NCBI GenBank assembly: GCA_031281195.1
Contig: JAITFS010000243.1
Location: 1 to 61,582 of the forward strand
Origin: Oscillospiraceae bacterium
Lineage (GTDB): Bacteria > Bacillota > Clostridia > Oscillospirales > Oscillospiraceae
DNA: 61,582 nt
Direction: 5' to 3'
In this document: positions 1 to 10,153 of the stretch, one piece after another
How positions within the stretch are numbered: position 1 is the stretch's first letter
Layout: each line of letters opens with the position of its first letter
Made by a program: the position numbers and the translations under genes
Notes under the pieces: model-generated
Seen by the model: only the letters and a program-made list of their open reading frames with translations
What the model was told of the DNA's origin: nothing
The model's database searches: none

Positions 1-773
1 TCTCTATAATCGACAAGCGTTGCTGACACTGAATCTTTATTATCATAATGTAGCTTCATTTCACTTTTTTTATCAGACAGAGCATAGTCGTGTATGATAA
101 TATTTTTATTAAGCTCAGCAGTTTTTACTAAATAATTTTCACGTGTACATTGTACAGGCTCAAATGAGTGTGACACACCGGCTTTTGCACTAACGACAGC
201 CGCAAACCAGCCCATATTAGCACCTGCATCAATAACTATATCACTTTCGTTTAATCTAACATTTTTATACTCATAAGGGCCCTCACGCCAAAGTGATTGC
301 GGTAATGTACCAAGGAGACTAAAAAGCCTAATATAAAGGTCTTCACCATATTCTTCAATAGCATAAGGCAGTAGTATATCCCAAGCATCCGATATATGAT
401 TTATTAACTCTGCATCGGTTAGAGGTTTGGGTAACCGGATTTGTTTGCATGTAATATAATCACCGGATAATAACGCAACTTTTGCGTAATTTATTATACA
501 GTTATGAACATTTTTAATAAGATTTGCTTTACTTTTTGGCATTAATGTCAGTGGTAATATTTGTTGGAGTTTTCGTGCTTTAATATAGTTATCATCGTAT
601 GTTTTAAGGAAGATATTTATATACCAGTCGAGCCAGTAATTATCAGCTTTTTCATTAGTTGGTTTTGTTCTAATTTCATCAACTAATTCTCTGCGTGAAT
701 AGATTTTCTGTATCTCTTCTTTTAGTTTTATAGATTTTTTCCCGGTTAATCTATTGGATATTTGTTTTATCAT
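1..773 (-). CDS. FkbM-family SAM-dependent methyltransferase; C-terminus runs off the window start
   Basis: Absent from the ORF track because it is truncated. My translation from the ATG (complement of 771-773) reads MIKQISNRLTGKKSIKLKEE... and contains VIDAGANMGWFAAVVSAKAGVSHSFEP, the FkbM/Methyltransf_21-type G-x-G motif. A strong SD (AAGGAG) lies 6 nt upstream. Confidence 0.65.
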   Translation of the reverse strand, partial: MIKQISNRLTGKKSIKLKEEIQKIYSRRELVDEIRTKPTNEKADNYWLDWYINIFLKTYDDNYIKARKLQQILPLTLMPKSKANLIKNVHNCIINYAKVALLSGDYITCKQIRLPKPLTDAELINHISDAWDILLPYAIEEYGEDLYIRLFSLLGTLPQSLWREGPYEYKNVRLNESDIVIDAGANMGWFAAVVSAKAGVSHSFEPVQCTRENYLVKTAELNKNIIIHDYALSDKKSEMKLHYDNKDSVSATLVDYR

Positions 774-792
774 AATAAACTCCTTTTCTAGG

Positions 793-3330
793 TTAATCAA
801 GTTCATATATTTTTAATGATGTAATAAATATAGGCTCATTTAAACCATGAGAAACAATCTTAAAATACTGATTTCCATTTAATAAATCATTACTTCCAGA
901 GAATAGTAAATATTCTGTATTATAAATACCTGCGTCGAATGCTTCCTCCCACAAATTACCGTTTACACTATCAAACAGAGCCAAATATGCACTCCCATCT
1001 TCAGGTAATTCGAAAGAGAGTTCAATGACAGCTAAATAAAACATATTTGGTTGAATTAAAAGACTTTCACTATATGCTTCTATCCCACTAAGTGATGCCG
1101 GTATTTCGATGTCTTTTATTTCTAATATTGGTGTCCGTGAAACAGGAGCAGGGGTACCTTGTTCGATATTGGGTTTTAATAAGAATTTATTTCCATCATT
1201 CCAAATAATTGAATAGCTCCTGTTAAACAACAGAGTTTTAGCTAATGAACTTGTAAACCATCTAGCATAAAAACCACTATGGATATCCATAAAGATTTTC
1301 AATTCCGTGTTGTCCAGTAATTGGTTTTGCAATCTATCAAAATCTTTAACTAATAATAGTTCAGTGGCAGATGGTGCATAGTTTGCAGTTCTTTTTTCAA
1401 GTAACATTACATAATATGCATAGTGTGCTATAGTGGTGATTACAAATAATTCTTCATCATTATCAATAAATGGTTTGACAGAACTAACCCAACTGTCATC
1501 TGTTATTCTTGTTTGAGGGATATCGCGTTTAGTTAATCTATTTACTATATTGATAAGGGGTCTAGTGATTTTCACTAAATTATCATCTACAACATCAGTA
1601 TATGGTACATTGCGCGCTATAGCTCTAGCTACTTTATCATAATTAAACATTAGACTAAATGGTTGCAAAAACAATAAAAATGCTAGAACAATGAACATTC
1701 CATTTTTTTTGTTTTTTACATACGAAAAAGAAGTGCCAAAAAGCTCTTGTGAATTATCCAAAATCAACGCGAGTACTATATAAGGAAATGTTAGGATTCT
1801 TACAAAAGTATAATCATTGGTGAGTCCTAGATAAAATGTAAAACCTCCCACACCAACAACTGATAAATAAAATAACAAAACATATTTAATATCATAATTC
1901 ATTAATCCGGTTCTAGTTTTGTGTAAGTAGTTCATAGAAATAACTATACCTATCACGAAAATTGCAGCAACTAGTATCCAAGGACGTAAAAATGGCATTG
2001 GCAACATCATAAATCCCATAGAAACAAAGGTTTTTTGATAAGTTGTTATTTCAGCTATATTAACAAAAAGTTCACTGCGAAAATATGTTATAGTTTGAAT
2101 AAGAATAATAAAAACAATTGGTACACCAAGCAGAAACGCAACAGGTTTCACTATATGTAAACGTTTGTTTGCCAGATATGATATAACTGAGTTAAATACT
2201 AAGCCTATAAGGCAAGCTAAAAAAACAATTATACCTGCATCTAAGTTCCAAACCAGTCCTAAAACACAAGCTATAAAAAGTAAAGAAAAGTATAATAATT
2301 CTTTCTTTTTATTAAAGTTTCTTATAAAATAAATAAAAAGTAAACTGACAATTGAGGGGAATAAAAATCTATGAGGAAAATGTTGGTACGAATAATCAGT
2401 ATTATAATAATCAAAATAAATGTAAATTTGTGTAAAATATATCACATTCACAAAAATCAACAATGCGAGTATCTTGTTTTTAATCAGTAATAGTAATATT
2501 TTCAGGTTTACCAGATTTATAACTAAAATCAAAGCACACATTACTATAGACACATTTTGCACACTCAGTCCAATAACCTTAAATATCGGTACCAATAAAT
2601 ATGGATAAAATCCATATTGGTTAGCGAAACCTTCGGTAAACAGTGTTCTGCCATAAAATACATCAGCAATTGGTGCTGTATAAGCACAAAAATGCACATT
2701 TAAAGCATACGCATCTTGATGTGCCAGTAAAGGCATAGTTGAAGCACATACAATTAGAAATCCACTAATACTGATAAGTGATATAAAAGCTGCTTTATTA
2801 AATATCTTTTTATTATATCTATAGAAAAGTGTTATGAAGTAAAAAGCAATAAACGTAATGAGTATGTTCGCACCACTTTGGATGATAGTTGCATCAAGGT
2901 AAATAAAATCAACAATCCAAAAACATACAAAAATAAAAATAGCTGCAAGTACCCACGATATTTTAATCATTTCTTCTTCAAACATAATTAAAAATCGTTT
3001 AAGTTTAGAATGTTTATTTGATGTGGTTTTATCTGAAAATACTGGAACTACAGGAATTAAAAATGCTACAAAAACTGCTAAAATTGATATAACAATATAT
3101 AAAAATGTTTCTCTGTACTGTAATGAATATACAAAAGAGTGAAACTCCGGTAATAAAGTGTTTATAACATTTGTATTTTCAGTTGGTTCTATCCTCTGCA
3201 TTATCAATACAATCATCGTAAATATAGAAAATAAAACAAAAATGCAGAATATAATCTGTGTTCTCAGTAAATACCAACCTTCATCTATATTATTTTCATT
3301 TAATTTTTCATCATTTGTTTGGTTTACCAT
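793..3330 (-). CDS. Large polytopic membrane protein (N-terminal ~560 aa with many TM helices) plus a ~280-aa C-terminal soluble beta-rich domain; candidate outward-facing glycosyltransferase/polymerase, family not recognised
   Basis: 845-aa ORF. Long hydrophobic runs span aa 20-560. The C-terminal part is hydrophilic and ends in a jelly-roll-like stretch (YLAVIELSFELPEDGSAYLALFDSVNGNLWEEAFD...). A GGGG SD-like element precedes the ATG. Confidence 0.5.
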   Translation of the reverse strand: MVNQTNDEKLNENNIDEGWYLLRTQIIFCIFVLFSIFTMIVLIMQRIEPTENTNVINTLLPEFHSFVYSLQYRETFLYIVISILAVFVAFLIPVVPVFSDKTTSNKHSKLKRFLIMFEEEMIKISWVLAAIFIFVCFWIVDFIYLDATIIQSGANILITFIAFYFITLFYRYNKKIFNKAAFISLISISGFLIVCASTMPLLAHQDAYALNVHFCAYTAPIADVFYGRTLFTEGFANQYGFYPYLLVPIFKVIGLSVQNVSIVMCALILVINLVNLKILLLLIKNKILALLIFVNVIYFTQIYIYFDYYNTDYSYQHFPHRFLFPSIVSLLFIYFIRNFNKKKELLYFSLLFIACVLGLVWNLDAGIIVFLACLIGLVFNSVISYLANKRLHIVKPVAFLLGVPIVFIILIQTITYFRSELFVNIAEITTYQKTFVSMGFMMLPMPFLRPWILVAAIFVIGIVISMNYLHKTRTGLMNYDIKYVLLFYLSVVGVGGFTFYLGLTNDYTFVRILTFPYIVLALILDNSQELFGTSFSYVKNKKNGMFIVLAFLLFLQPFSLMFNYDKVARAIARNVPYTDVVDDNLVKITRPLINIVNRLTKRDIPQTRITDDSWVSSVKPFIDNDEELFVITTIAHYAYYVMLLEKRTANYAPSATELLLVKDFDRLQNQLLDNTELKIFMDIHSGFYARWFTSSLAKTLLFNRSYSIIWNDGNKFLLKPNIEQGTPAPVSRTPILEIKDIEIPASLSGIEAYSESLLIQPNMFYLAVIELSFELPEDGSAYLALFDSVNGNLWEEAFDAGIYNTEYLLFSGSNDLLNGNQYFKIVSHGLNEPIFITSLKIYELD

Positions 3331-3401
3331 TTGTTACCCCAATTACATTTTAATTATCTTATCGTAACATGACCTAAGATAGCTTGTACAAATTGAACCG
3401 C

Positions 3402-3431
3402 TTGCATATAGATTGTAAAACATGTTATATT
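3402..3431 (+). promoter_or_regulatory. Candidate sigma-A promoter for the 3509 gene: -35 TTGCAT (3402-3407), 18-nt spacer, extended -10 TGtTATATT (3423-3431)
   Basis: Hexamers read directly in the 178-bp divergent intergenic region. Weak call. Confidence 0.3.
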
Positions 3432-3508
3432 ACAATAACATACTTGTGTTGATATATCAATTAATAACTATTCACAATGATAATGAAGACTACTGAGGTT
3501 TTATCACA

Positions 3509-5323
3509 ATGTCTGTTGAAAACACATCTCACAAAACAAAACAAAACAAAACCTACCTCGCTCTCACTGCTGACACAGAGTATTGGGACTTAGAAGCAGA
3601 TAAAATTCTATTTCTCGGAAATTGGTGCAAAACATATCAAAATAAACATATTATTGATAGTTTAAACTACGAAGTAATGCCGTCACCTTGGGAAAATACC
3701 GAAGATATGGATATATCTCGCAAAAAAGCTTATAGTTCATATAAAAATCTCATACCTCATTTAGCTGACTTTATGAACAAGTTGCACAACATGAACGAAA
3801 CGACCAAATATTGGGAGATTATACTTGGTTGGTGGTTTCTTAATTTTATGTCAATTATGTATTACCGTTATTGCTTCATTAAAAATTTTAAAGAGTTAGA
3901 TATAGAAACATACACAACGCTAAAAGATGAAAGCGATTACTATACAACTCATGATTGTGCCGAATTTATTGCAGTAGTTTTTCATAATGATAAATTTGTA
4001 GATGATTTTAATATGGATATATTTTCTATTTTATTATCAGAAATAAAAACTAATACCACAATTAACAGAAATCAACCAGTTTATCCTAATAGTTATAATA
4101 AAACTTACGTACGATATGAGTACAAATTGCCAATAGGAAAAAAAATTAAAGAAAGCCTTTTTAATGTTGCAAATAATGTTACAAAAATAATCTTTAAAAG
4201 CCCAATTCTCTTAACATATACATATTTCCCGGTATCATCATTTCTTTTTCTCACAAAAAATGGAAAACGAGAAATAGTGTTTAATAAAAATAGAAAAAAT
4301 GCTCCAATAATAAATGCTAATAAAGAAAAAAGATTGAATCTAAATATAGAGTTTAATAATGCTAATGAATTTGAAACAATAATAATGAAGATAATAACCA
4401 AATTTATTCCAACAGCTTATATTGAAGGATTTCATGAACTGCAAAAATTATCAAAGCGTTGTTATCCAAATAGCTATAAACATATTATCTCGTCAACCGG
4501 TTGGTATGCCTATGATTTATTTTGTGTTTTTGTCGCAAATGCACAGAGCAATGGTAGTAATTTAATATCCATACAACATGGGGGGTATATGCTGACGAAA
4601 GATATATTGTGGCCAAATCATGAGTTAAATATCGTTGATTATTTATATACTTGGGGGTGGAGTATTGATTATAGTGATGCAATTATTAAAAAAGGTGCTA
4701 TAAGCAAATTAAACAATAGTGTTAGCTTAATGCAGAATAGAGAGAAAATCCTTTTCTTAAACTCCGCAGTTCCTCGTTATTGTACAGATTTTCGATATAA
4801 CAGTTTATTTCATGACATTTATTATGAAGATCAAATTATTTTTGTAAAAAATCTAAATACTAATGTATTTAATAGCTTAAAGGTTCGTCCTTATGGAAAT
4901 ATGAATAATGCAATCGACCGATATACTGATGAGTTTCCAAATATAAAGATTGAAAAAATATGGGAACCACATTTGCAAGTTAGTTTATCAGAAACTAGAC
5001 TATTAATAATAGATCACTTAGCCAGTACATCTGCGTGTGAAGCAATTGCACTAAATGTTCCAACTATTTTCTTCTGGCGTCCTGTGTTTGATGATTTTAC
5101 TGATATTTCAAAACCAATATATGATAAACTAAGAGAAGTCCAAATATTTTTTGACTCACCGGAATCTGCAGCTTCTTACATCAATGAAATCTACGATAAT
5201 ATTGAAGATTGGTGGTTAGAGCCAAAACGTCAAGAAGCTATCGACGCTTTTCGTAACACATTTGCATATTTACCGGAAGATTCAGACAAATGGTGGCTTG
5301 ATGAGTTGTTAAGCTTAGTTTAA
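3509..5323 (+). CDS. Uncharacterised soluble 604-aa protein; possibly a LIC12162-family (TIGR04331-like) putative transferase of glycan loci
   Basis: The N-terminus YLALTADTEYWDLEADKILFLGNWCK resembles my memory of that family's start (..ILFLGEWC..). GAGG SD lies 10 nt upstream. No TM segments. The family assignment is from memory only. Confidence 0.4.
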   Translation: MSVENTSHKTKQNKTYLALTADTEYWDLEADKILFLGNWCKTYQNKHIIDSLNYEVMPSPWENTEDMDISRKKAYSSYKNLIPHLADFMNKLHNMNETTKYWEIILGWWFLNFMSIMYYRYCFIKNFKELDIETYTTLKDESDYYTTHDCAEFIAVVFHNDKFVDDFNMDIFSILLSEIKTNTTINRNQPVYPNSYNKTYVRYEYKLPIGKKIKESLFNVANNVTKIIFKSPILLTYTYFPVSSFLFLTKNGKREIVFNKNRKNAPIINANKEKRLNLNIEFNNANEFETIIMKIITKFIPTAYIEGFHELQKLSKRCYPNSYKHIISSTGWYAYDLFCVFVANAQSNGSNLISIQHGGYMLTKDILWPNHELNIVDYLYTWGWSIDYSDAIIKKGAISKLNNSVSLMQNREKILFLNSAVPRYCTDFRYNSLFHDIYYEDQIIFVKNLNTNVFNSLKVRPYGNMNNAIDRYTDEFPNIKIEKIWEPHLQVSLSETRLLIIDHLASTSACEAIALNVPTIFFWRPVFDDFTDISKPIYDKLREVQIFFDSPESAASYINEIYDNIEDWWLEPKRQEAIDAFRNTFAYLPEDSDKWWLDELLSLV

Positions 5324-6292
5324 TTATCGACCAATCAACTTTTTTATTACTCTTGGTAAAAACAAAATAATTCGTCCGATTTTATACGCAGTTGAATCTC
5401 TATATCTGCTTACTTGATTTTCGTAAAAACTTTGCTTTAGTTTACTATCATACCGTCCTTTAAGTAGATGTTTTGTATGATTATATTTTACCGGACTCTC
5501 TATTGCAGCTTGATACCATAAATACGATAACATAGCATAATCATCACTTGAGTTCCATGGTTTTATACCTCCTGCATAATGAATTATAACAGGATTGTTT
5601 AGTGCATCCTCTATATCATCTGGTGAATATATTAGTTCTAGTTCTTTTTTATTTACCACTTGATAAAAATAAATATTGTATTTCAAAGGCAAGTGATAAA
5701 TTCTATCATAACAAATTTTATTTAATATATCTTGATCTGGATAAAAATATCCTTTATCTAATAATTCCACAAATCTTGGTGTTATATTTTCATCTCTAAT
5801 AACCTTGAGGTTCATAATAATCACACCGGAATTAACATACTGCTTCCATGTAGGTAGTTTTATAACTTTAAAACGCTCTTTACCGTTGATGTCTCTAATC
5901 CCGGCAATTATGTTATCTCCAATATCAATATTCCACATCTGCGTTAAATCATCTAATACGACAATATCCACATCAAGATGTATACATTTATCAAGATTTG
6001 GAAATAAATCTGCTGCTATTAAGCGAAAATTACAATCAGTAGTAAAATGCTGCCCTGCTGTTGAATTATCTAGAACAGTACCAATCTCCACATATTCTAT
6101 GATTGTACCAATATATTGTTTTACTAAACTATCAAAACTTTCCAGTACAGTACTTGAGAACTTCTCTCGAATAATTATATAAATATGGTAATAAGTATCC
6201 TTAGCTTTAGAACGCAATAAGGAATAAATCGCTACGCATGCGTTCATAGCATAATTTTCATCAAAAGACATTATTATTGGTATTGTGTTCAT
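5324..6292 (-). CDS. GT8-family retaining glycosyltransferase, paralogue 1 (most divergent copy)
   Basis: IPIIMSFDENYA, DxD = DVD, NSGVIIMNL, DQDILN, HYAGGIKPW; C-terminal amphipathic YKIGRIILFLPRVIKKLI. Confidence 0.8.
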   Translation of the reverse strand: MNTIPIIMSFDENYAMNACVAIYSLLRSKAKDTYYHIYIIIREKFSSTVLESFDSLVKQYIGTIIEYVEIGTVLDNSTAGQHFTTDCNFRLIAADLFPNLDKCIHLDVDIVVLDDLTQMWNIDIGDNIIAGIRDINGKERFKVIKLPTWKQYVNSGVIIMNLKVIRDENITPRFVELLDKGYFYPDQDILNKICYDRIYHLPLKYNIYFYQVVNKKELELIYSPDDIEDALNNPVIIHYAGGIKPWNSSDDYAMLSYLWYQAAIESPVKYNHTKHLLKGRYDSKLKQSFYENQVSRYRDSTAYKIGRIILFLPRVIKKLIGR

Positions 6293-6300
6293 TTTCTAAT

Positions 6301-7272
6301 CTACTCCATATTATTTAGAATAAGTTTCTTAATCAATTTAGGTAAGAATGTTATTATTTGACCTATTCGATATTCAATTGAGACTCTATAATCTATAGTT
6401 ATTTTTATGAGTTCTGCGTTTTTATAACCTTTTAACATATTTATGCTGTGATCATAATGATAGGGACTTTTAAGTGCAGTACGATACCACAAGCAAAGTA
6501 ATTGAACTCTATCATCGTTAGTATCCCAAGGTTTTACAAAAGCCGGATAATGTATAATAACAGGGTTATTTAATGCTTCCTCAACTTCATTTTTTGGAAA
6601 TAGTTTACTTAATATATTTTTATCTACAACACGAAAGAAATATATATTATATTTTAACGGTAACAACAATATACGATTATAACAAACTTTATTTAGTACG
6701 TCTTGATCTACATATTTATATCCTTCAGTTATTAACTCCAGGAGTTTTGGTATTAGTTTTTCATCGCGTATTGCTCTTAAATTGATAATTAACACTCCTG
6801 AACTAATATATTGATTTGGTGTTGGTAGTTTTAATTTTTTATACTGTTCCTTCCCACCTGATATATTCTTAACACCTGCGATGACATTATTTCCTATATC
6901 ATATTCCCATAGCTCGGTTAAATCTGCACACACTATAAGATCAACATCAATGTATAAGCATTTATCCAGCTTAAACAAAAGCTCTGGTATTAATAAACGA
7001 AAATACGCTGCTACAGAATAATGACTACCTATAACAGCAATATCCATCTTATCACCAATAATAATAAAATCAATCTTTGTACCTGGATATTGTTCAACAA
7101 GTTTATCAAATCTTTCTACAACATCGATTGGTACATTAGAATGTACGAGAAAATAAAAAGAATACTGTGTATCTTCTGCTTTTGAACGTAATACTGAGTA
7201 TGCAGTTACACAAGCCGGCATTGCATAATTTTCATCAAAAGACATTACTATTGGTATTTTGTCCATTTTCAT
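6301..7272 (-). CDS. GT8-family glycosyltransferase, paralogue 2
   Basis: IPIVMSFDENYAMPACV, DVD, SSGVLIINL, DQDVLN, HYPAFVKPW, YRIGQIITFLPKLIKKLI. Confidence 0.8.
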   Translation of the reverse strand: MKMDKIPIVMSFDENYAMPACVTAYSVLRSKAEDTQYSFYFLVHSNVPIDVVERFDKLVEQYPGTKIDFIIIGDKMDIAVIGSHYSVAAYFRLLIPELLFKLDKCLYIDVDLIVCADLTELWEYDIGNNVIAGVKNISGGKEQYKKLKLPTPNQYISSGVLIINLRAIRDEKLIPKLLELITEGYKYVDQDVLNKVCYNRILLLPLKYNIYFFRVVDKNILSKLFPKNEVEEALNNPVIIHYPAFVKPWDTNDDRVQLLCLWYRTALKSPYHYDHSINMLKGYKNAELIKITIDYRVSIEYRIGQIITFLPKLIKKLILNNME

Positions 7273-7275
7273 ATA

Positions 7276-8244
7276 TTAACCACTCCGTTGTTTTATGAGT
7301 TTCTTTAATATTTCCGGTATAAACGTTATTATTTGTCCAATTTTATATTCGATTGTATTCCTATAATCCTGTATTTTTATTAGCTCTTTATTCTTACGAC
7401 CAATTAACATATTTTTTGAGTGGTCATAATGATAAGGACTTTTTAATGCAGTGCGATACCACAAGTTGAGAAGAAAAACCCTGTCATCACTGATTTTCCA
7501 TGGTTTTAAATGTATTAAATAATGTATAACTACCGGATTTCTTAATGCGTCTTCAACATCATCAAGTGGATATGCTTTTTCTAACTTGTTTTTAACAATT
7601 ACATAATCGAAGGGTATATTAAACTTTAATGGAATAAATGTAATACGATTATAACACACTATATTCAAAACATCCTGATCCACATGTTTATAACCTTTTG
7701 TAACGAGTTCTAAGAATCTTAGTGTTAATTTTTCGTCTCGTATAATTTTCAGATTCATAATAAGCACCGCAGCGCTTATGTATTGGTCTGGTGTAGGTAA
7801 TTCTAATGTTTTAAACCTTTTTTTATCAAGTTTTTCTTCCTTAACACCTGCTATTAAATTATTGCCAATATCAATGTTCCACAAGCTTGTTAAATCAGTG
7901 CATAACATAACATCAACGTCAAGGTATAGGCACTTGTCCAACATAGGTAATAGTTCTGGTATTAGTAAACGAAAATATGTTTCTATTGAAAAATAACTGT
8001 TAATGACCGCATTATCCAATCTGTCTCCAACTATAACAAACTCAAACTCTGTATTAGGGTATTGTAATATGAGTTTGTCAAACTTTACTGTTACTTCGTC
8101 TGGCATATTAGAACGTACAAAAAAATAAAACTTATATTGCGTATCTTCTTCTTTTGAACGCAGTGCTGAATAAACTGCTACACATGCTGGCATTGCATAA
8201 TTTTCATCAAAAGACATTACAATTGGTATTTTGTCTATTTTCAT
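7276..8244 (-). CDS. GT8-family glycosyltransferase, paralogue 3
   Basis: IPIVMSFDENYAMPACV, DVD, DQDVLN, HYLIHLKPW. The 3' end is nearly identical to paralogue 4. Confidence 0.8.
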   Translation of the reverse strand: MKIDKIPIVMSFDENYAMPACVAVYSALRSKEEDTQYKFYFFVRSNMPDEVTVKFDKLILQYPNTEFEFVIVGDRLDNAVINSYFSIETYFRLLIPELLPMLDKCLYLDVDVMLCTDLTSLWNIDIGNNLIAGVKEEKLDKKRFKTLELPTPDQYISAAVLIMNLKIIRDEKLTLRFLELVTKGYKHVDQDVLNIVCYNRITFIPLKFNIPFDYVIVKNKLEKAYPLDDVEDALRNPVVIHYLIHLKPWKISDDRVFLLNLWYRTALKSPYHYDHSKNMLIGRKNKELIKIQDYRNTIEYKIGQIITFIPEILKKLIKQRSG

Positions 8245-8247
8245 ATA

Positions 8248-9210
8248 TTAACCACTCCGTTGTTTTATGAGTTTCTTTAATATTCCCGGTATAAACGTTA
8301 TTATTTGTCCAATTTTATATTCAACTGTATTCCTATAATCCCAAATTTTTATAAGCTCTTCATTTTTGCGACCAATCAACATATTTTTTGAGTGGTCATA
8401 ATGATAAGGACTTTTTAATGCAGTGCGATACCATAAGTTGAGAAGCAAAACCCTGTCATCACTGGTTTTCCATGGCTTTAAATGTGTCACAAAATGAATT
8501 ACTTTCGGGTTTCTCAGTGCATCTTCAACTTCATCAAAAAGAAATAATTTTTCCAATTTACCCTTAGCTATTGCTTGAAGGTATGATATATTGTATTTTA
8601 ACGGTAACAATACTATACGATTATAACAAACTCTGTTTAAGATATCTTGGTCAACATACTTATACTCTTTTGTAACAAGTTCCAGAAGTTTTGGTGCTAG
8701 TTTTTCATCTCGTATTACCTTAAGATTAATTATCATTACTCCTGAGTTTACATACTGATCCGGTTTTGGTATCTCTAACTCTTTACATCGTTTTTTATCA
8801 AATTCTATTTCTTTAACACCGGCTATTATATTGTTTCCTATATTATAATTCCAAAGCTCGGTTAAATCATTACAAATAATTAAATCACAATCAAGATATA
8901 AACACTTATCTAACATTGGTAAAAGTTCTGGTATTAGTAAACGAAAATATGCTTCAATAGAATAACAATCTCTTATTTTTATTTTATTAAACTTATCACC
9001 AACTATAACAAACTCTATCTCTGTGCCCGGGTATTGTTCTATTAGTTTATTAAACTTTTCAATAACTTCTATAGGCATTCTTGAACGTACTAAAAAATAA
9101 AAAGCATATTGTGTGCTTTCTTCTTTTGAGCGTAATACTGAGTAAGAGGTTACACACGCAGGTTTTGCATAGTTCTCATTAAAAGACATTACAATTGGTA
9201 TTTTGTTCAT
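8248..9210 (-). CDS. GT8-family glycosyltransferase, paralogue 4
   Basis: IPIVMSFNENYAKPACV, DCD, NSGVMIINL, DQDILN, HFVTHLKPW. Confidence 0.8.
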   Translation of the reverse strand: MNKIPIVMSFNENYAKPACVTSYSVLRSKEESTQYAFYFLVRSRMPIEVIEKFNKLIEQYPGTEIEFVIVGDKFNKIKIRDCYSIEAYFRLLIPELLPMLDKCLYLDCDLIICNDLTELWNYNIGNNIIAGVKEIEFDKKRCKELEIPKPDQYVNSGVMIINLKVIRDEKLAPKLLELVTKEYKYVDQDILNRVCYNRIVLLPLKYNISYLQAIAKGKLEKLFLFDEVEDALRNPKVIHFVTHLKPWKTSDDRVLLLNLWYRTALKSPYHYDHSKNMLIGRKNEELIKIWDYRNTVEYKIGQIITFIPGILKKLIKQRSG

Positions 9211-9211
9211 C

Positions 9212-10126
9212 TTATTTTTTCCACAACTTCATAATTGATCTAGGAATATATGTAACTACACTTCCAATTTTATAAGCTGTAGTGTCTCTGCCGTCTTCAA
9301 CTTGTTGTATCAGAGTATCATCATAACGCCATTTTAACATGTGTTTATTATGATCATGATTATAAGGACTTTCATACGCTGCTTGATACCATAAAAACAA
9401 TAATATAGCAAAATCACTATGAATCTTCCATGGTTTTTCTTTTCCTTTATATTGTACTATAGTTGGATTTTTTAATGCATCTTCTATATCAAATGGGGGA
9501 AAATATGCATCTAATAATTTTTTCCTAGTTATAACACTATAAACCATATTATATTTTAAAGGTAGAAGTTTTACTCGATTGTAACAAACTTTATTTAAAA
9601 TATCTTGTTCAGTGGTTTTTTTTCTTTTTGTAAAAAGCTCCAGATACTGTGCTACTAGCTTCTCTTCTCTTATTAGCTTAAGGTTCATCAGAAGAACCCC
9701 TGTTTCTATATATTGATCAGAAGTTGGTAAGCCTAACGTCTTATACCGTTTTTTACTGATTTCAATATCTTTAACGCCTGCAATAAAATTGTTTCCAATT
9801 TCTATATCCCATAAGTCTGTTAAATCATCACATACAATTATATCAAAATCAAGATACAAACACTTGTCTAATCCCGGGATTATATCAGCTATCTGTAATT
9901 TATTGTAGTTTTCAGAAATTACAATATACTCTATTTGAGTTTCCGGGTATAACTCTGTTAATTCGTTAAATTTCTCAATATTGTTTTCTGACATTTTAGA
10001 TTTTACCAAAAAATAAAATGTATACTGAGTACTACTTGCTTTTGTTTGTAAAGCTGAGTATGCCGCTACACAAGCAGGCATAGCATTATTCTCTTCAAAT
10101 CCCATAACAATCGGTATTTTGTTCAT
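9212..10126 (-). CDS. GT8-like paralogue 5, degenerate (internal ~14-aa deletion; metal-ligand His replaced by Gln)
   Basis: Start moved to MNKIPIVMGF (ATG complement at 10124-10126) with a GGAGA SD 7 nt upstream. It retains DFD and EQDILN. It lacks the ..AYFRLLIPELLP.. block and reads VQYKGKEKPW where the others read H(Y/F)....KPW. Confidence 0.7.
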   Translation of the reverse strand: MNKIPIVMGFEENNAMPACVAAYSALQTKASSTQYTFYFLVKSKMSENNIEKFNELTELYPETQIEYIVISENYNKLQIADIIPGLDKCLYLDFDIIVCDDLTDLWDIEIGNNFIAGVKDIEISKKRYKTLGLPTSDQYIETGVLLMNLKLIREEKLVAQYLELFTKRKKTTEQDILNKVCYNRVKLLPLKYNMVYSVITRKKLLDAYFPPFDIEDALKNPTIVQYKGKEKPWKIHSDFAILLFLWYQAAYESPYNHDHNKHMLKWRYDDTLIQQVEDGRDTTAYKIGSVVTYIPRSIMKLWKK

Positions 10127-10153
10127 ATTTATATCTCCAAACATGACTATATT

